A stretch of 64,000 nt of DNA from Eledone cirrhosa (taxonomy: Eukaryota): contig OZ024742.1 in NCBI GenBank assembly GCA_964016885.1, positions 233,554,001 to 233,618,000 on the forward strand, given 5' to 3'. The notes below the pieces were generated by a model. It was not told where the DNA came from. It saw nothing but the letters and a program-made list of their open reading frames with translations, and made no database searches. This document shows, in pieces, positions 60,108 to 64,000 of this stretch (the stretch's first letter is position 1; each line of letters starts with the position of its first letter). A program made the position numbers and the translations under genes.

Positions 60108-60636
60108 ACACTATAAGAATAAAGGAACACAAATTCAGTGTTGCATCATGACATGTTTAATAACATATTACATATGTTTCACTATCGATCAGCTCGAGGA
60201 ACGACCTATTATTGACCGAACCTGACTCTGTAATCGAAAGATCATCAGATATGGTTTCCTATGTAATCTCATCTCCAATACTGTGCGTGAAATTCTCCAG
60301 TCATAGATATATACAGCGCATTCTAACAACGTGGTATTTTGCGTCCACTCATTGGTTCATTATCTTATCTTATCATCATCATCAGTCTATCCCCGAAGTA
60401 ACGTCTAACTCTCATGTCGGATGATCTTTCGATTACAGAGTTAGGTTCGGTCAATAATAGGTCGTTCCTCGAGCTGATCGATAGTGAAACATATGTAATA
60501 TTTTATTAAATATGTTATGATGCAACACTGAATCTTTGCTCCTTTATCCTTATAGTATTATACTCTGCTCTACGTGAGCATCGAGTGCTCACCCGGCATC
60601 CCGCCTATGGACGCAATTTGCTTGCAGTCATGCACC

Positions 60637-60638
<2 letters not shown>
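60108..60638. mobile_element. Foldback mini-element with ~140-bp inverted arms, each carrying an HHR
   Basis: 60110-60253 is inverted at 60413-60557 around a spacer of about 160 bp; TA flanks. Confidence 0.85.
60164..60253 (-). ncRNA. Type I hammerhead ribozyme with extended stem II
   Basis: catat-CTGATGA-(61 nt, tcgatta..tgatcga)-GAAA-CATATG-TA-atatg; the mirror copy at 60413-60502 has core CGGATGA. Confidence 0.85.
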
Positions 60639-60710
<72 letters not shown>

Positions 60711-61290
60711 CGTGTGCGTGTGCGTGTGTGTGTGTATGTGTGTGTGTGTGTGCGTGTGTGTGTGTATGTGTGTGAGCTAAAAGTTATTTGTGGTTCAATA
60801 TTCATGTACCCAATAAAAGGACATATTCTAAATTTCTCTAATACACTCTCTTACATAATGATAAAAATTAAACAACGACAGTGGTTTCTCGGCGGTATAA
60901 ACTTGATATTAGACATGTAACTAATGAAAATGTTACCAAAGACAACTCAATCACAATTGTCGTCACTGAATCTACAAAAGAACAGATTACTCCAGTCGTA
61001 CTGGCAATAAGGGATATCAAGTGAAAGATATAGCAAAGTGCAGGACAAATATCTTGCCGAGTTTAGTTCCGTCTCTATGTTTCTGCGTTCAAATCCAGCT
61101 GAGATTGATTTTGCTTTTCATTCACCAAGCGTTAGTTATATAAGTACCAATCAAGTACTGGATACCATTAAATCAATTATACCCTTCCACCAAATTTATG
61201 TACTGTCCGTATATCATAAAACAATGATTATAATTATGAATGAGCAGTGGATTATCAGAAAAAAGCATATTGCAAGACTAAATGTGTCGC

Positions 61291-61663
61291 AGTAGAGGGT
61301 CGGACGCCATGCTTTGACGCATAGAGTTACGGCCCTTGCCATTCTGAGTTCAAATCCCGCCGAGGTTAACTCTGCCTTTCATCCTTACGGGGTCGATAAA
61401 ATAAAGTACCAGTAATGTACTTGATAATTGCTGGCCTTGTGCCAAAACTAGAAACAATTATATAGTTACCTTTATGTAACTATTGGCAGTATCGGTAGAG
61501 GGTTGGACGCCATGCTTTGATTCATAGAGTTACGGCCCTTGCCATTCTAAGTTCAAATCCTGCTGAGGTTAACTTTGCCTTTCATCCTTACGGGGTCGAT
61601 AAAATAAAGTACCAGTAATGCACTGGATAATTGCTGGCCTTGTGCCAAAAGTAAAAACAATTA
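61291..61663 (+). mobile_element. Tandem pair of tRNA-derived SINEs
   Basis: Copies at 61291-61460 and 61484-61663 share diagnostic changes (cccttgccattct) and the same 3' flank tatagttac.tttatgt. Confidence 0.85.
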
Positions 61664-62017
61664 TATAGTTACGTTTATGTGTGTTCTGAGTTCCTAACCC
61701 TCAAGATTTTGCCATTTATCAGTCGAGAGTCAATAATATACTGCAGTCGATCCCATCAACAATACCGTTTCTATATACATGTATCTGTGTCTGTGTGACT
61801 ATATTATGCAACTGTCACCACATCAAATAAAATCATATACGAGTCAACAAGGATGATATTGTGCAATGATTCAACTTGTTAACAATGGTTGTTAAATCTC
61901 TAACAAATCACACCTTATCGTTTAAGAAATAGGATATATCGGATATTGTAGTTATATACGGGAAAACGTGGTGGTCATGACTGACGCGTCCTTTTATCAT
62001 TATTTCTACCAAGTACA

Positions 62018-62247
62018 GGGCAGCGGATTGTCAGTATCGGTAGGGCGTGGGACAACATGCTTTGCAGCATAGAGTTACGGCCCTTTATGATCTAAGTTCA
62101 AATCCCACCGAGGTTAACTTTGCCTTTCATCCTTACGGGGTCGATAAAATAAAGTGCCAGTCACGCACTGGGGTCGATTTAATCGACTCCCCCCCCCCCC
62201 CCCCATCTCCGAAAGCGCTGGCCTTGTGCCTATATAAGAAACCATTA
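62018..62247 (+). mobile_element. tRNA-derived SINE, longer subfamily
   Basis: Family match with a poly-C segment. Confidence 0.85.
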
Positions 62248-63737
62248 TTTTTATCAAGTACGGCAACCACGTTAATGTTCTCTCACTGTACATGTTATAT
62301 ATTTCTCGGTAAATCTGTAGTTATACATCTTTATGAAACTACGTATCAGAATCCTCCCCGCTCTCTTATTTTTACTACTAATAAGCTAAAGGTATGGGAA
62401 GGTTCTGATACATACTGTTTCAATATGAAATTATAACTGGAAATCAATGTAAGATATAGCAACATTATCAAACATAAATGCTTTTGCAAACAAATCACAA
62501 AGCCTTTAATTTACTGACCCAAAACTACCACACCTGTTCGTTCAGATTAAAGATATATGACTATAGATATAAGAAATCTACTGATATTGACAATGTGTTT
62601 CGCTTGGCGGTTGTGATGCGTCGTTTATCATTTCTTATTCTATTATACCGTCTATGGTCGACTTTCCACTACCTTTCGATAACACACCTGCTAATGTTCT
62701 CCGTTAGTAAAGACTTAAAAAGAAAAGAAAAATAGAAAAAGTAAATGTTATATCAAATAACTAATCAATAGAATTTCAACGGTAACACCTAAAAATAAGG
62801 TTATCGCAGTGATCTAAGTGAAGAACAAACATCAAGCTGTGCGACCGCTGAGATTCTACTCGGTTATATGTATAGGGTTGGGTATACAGATGAAAAACAT
62901 ATGTAAAGGTGCCATAGTATTTTTACAATACCGTGTTGCATTTGATTAAGACTTTATTGTTTTAAGTAAGCACAACTTATCAAGTCGGACGGGAATAGAT
63001 TAACTTAATACTTGACAAGTCACTAACAAAAATATGAAAGTAAGAATATAAAAGAAGATATGTTTAAGACATTGTGTAAAGAGGAATGTAATTGGCGATA
63101 TCTCACAACAAAATGCCCCCAAACTGTCTGAAATGTGAATGTGTTAAATTTGATACTACGTAATTGGGATTGGAGTTTAAGGTGTAAATATGACAGTATA
63201 AGACAAGATAAATAGCATTTTAGATTTAAGATTAAGGTGCAATTATAGGGGTAATGCAATTAAAATTTTGTAGAGTGTAGAATAGTGATGTAGCTATAAC
63301 CGACATATGCGAGACTGTGTAGCAAATCTATAACTGAAATGTAATTAGAACAATGGTGAATCTAAAACTCGGATGTGATTATGATATAGCGAGAATATGA
63401 CTATACTGAAAATAAATAGTAAAGTTCACGCCAACAACTTCAGTTGTTTTTGTTTTGTTTTGTTTTATTTAATTTCCAGGGTTGTTTCCTTTGTATTTTT
63501 TAAAACCAGAATTAGTAATTAATCTAATAATATTTTTTTCTCGTTACTACTGTGTAGTTTTAGTTAATTCAAATTTCATGGCTTACTACATTTAATCTGT
63601 TAGTTCCTACTTTACAATTTGTTTCTCATGAATCAGACGATCCTATTGAAAGTGAAAAAGTATGGTAAATGGCCAACTTAAATGAAATGAAAATGCCCAG
63701 TTGAAGATACTAGTAAAGACTTCCTGTCACTGTAGTG

Positions 63738-63810
63738 CAGTGGCCCTCAACCTTTTTTACCTATTGACCCCTTTGATTCTTATTCTACTCTGGTGGACCT
63801 CGATAGCCAT
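63738..63810 (+). mobile_element. hAT MITE terminus (partial)
   Basis: cagtggccctcaacctttttt..gacccc resembles a hAT TIR; the matching end was not found. Confidence 0.4.
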
Positions 63811-64000
63811 GGAGTATGCAATGAGCCGTCAAATTGTAAAGTCAAAGTACTACTTGTGAAAATATGAAAGGATACCTTACCTTTTTCAATAACAAAATCG
63901 AAGAAAGAAAAGTATTTTGCGAAATAGAACACGACATACAGTGATCGCATACGATAAACGATTGGAAGATGGCAGTGGAATTTGAAAATGGAATTGAATT

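Overview
AT-rich, microsatellite-dense animal genomic DNA. The SINE families and repeat landscape suggest an octopus or other coleoid cephalopod (inference). No intact protein-coding gene is evident, and most long ORFs in the track are artefacts of (TA)n, (CA)n or (GGT)n repeats. The window is mostly decayed mobile elements: Helitron Rep/helicase remnants and two copies of a non-autonomous Helitron; Penelope-like element (PLE) RT and GIY-YIG remnants; non-LTR fragments of RTE, Rex3-like, CR1-group, CRE, R4/Dong and HERO type; a tRNA-derived SINE in more than 10 copies; and hAT, Tc1/pogo and MULE-like MITEs. The main unexplained signal is about 20 minimal hammerhead-ribozyme (HHR) motifs or half-motifs, read by eye. 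Most sit in short elements embedded in (TA)n tracts, many are head-to-head foldbacks, and families differ in their palindromic stem III. A further HHR-like motif in the HERO 3' UTR has its three strands in a non-circularly-permuted order. There is also a weak HDV-like ribozyme candidate at RTE 5' ends and a few weak minus-strand exon candidates.
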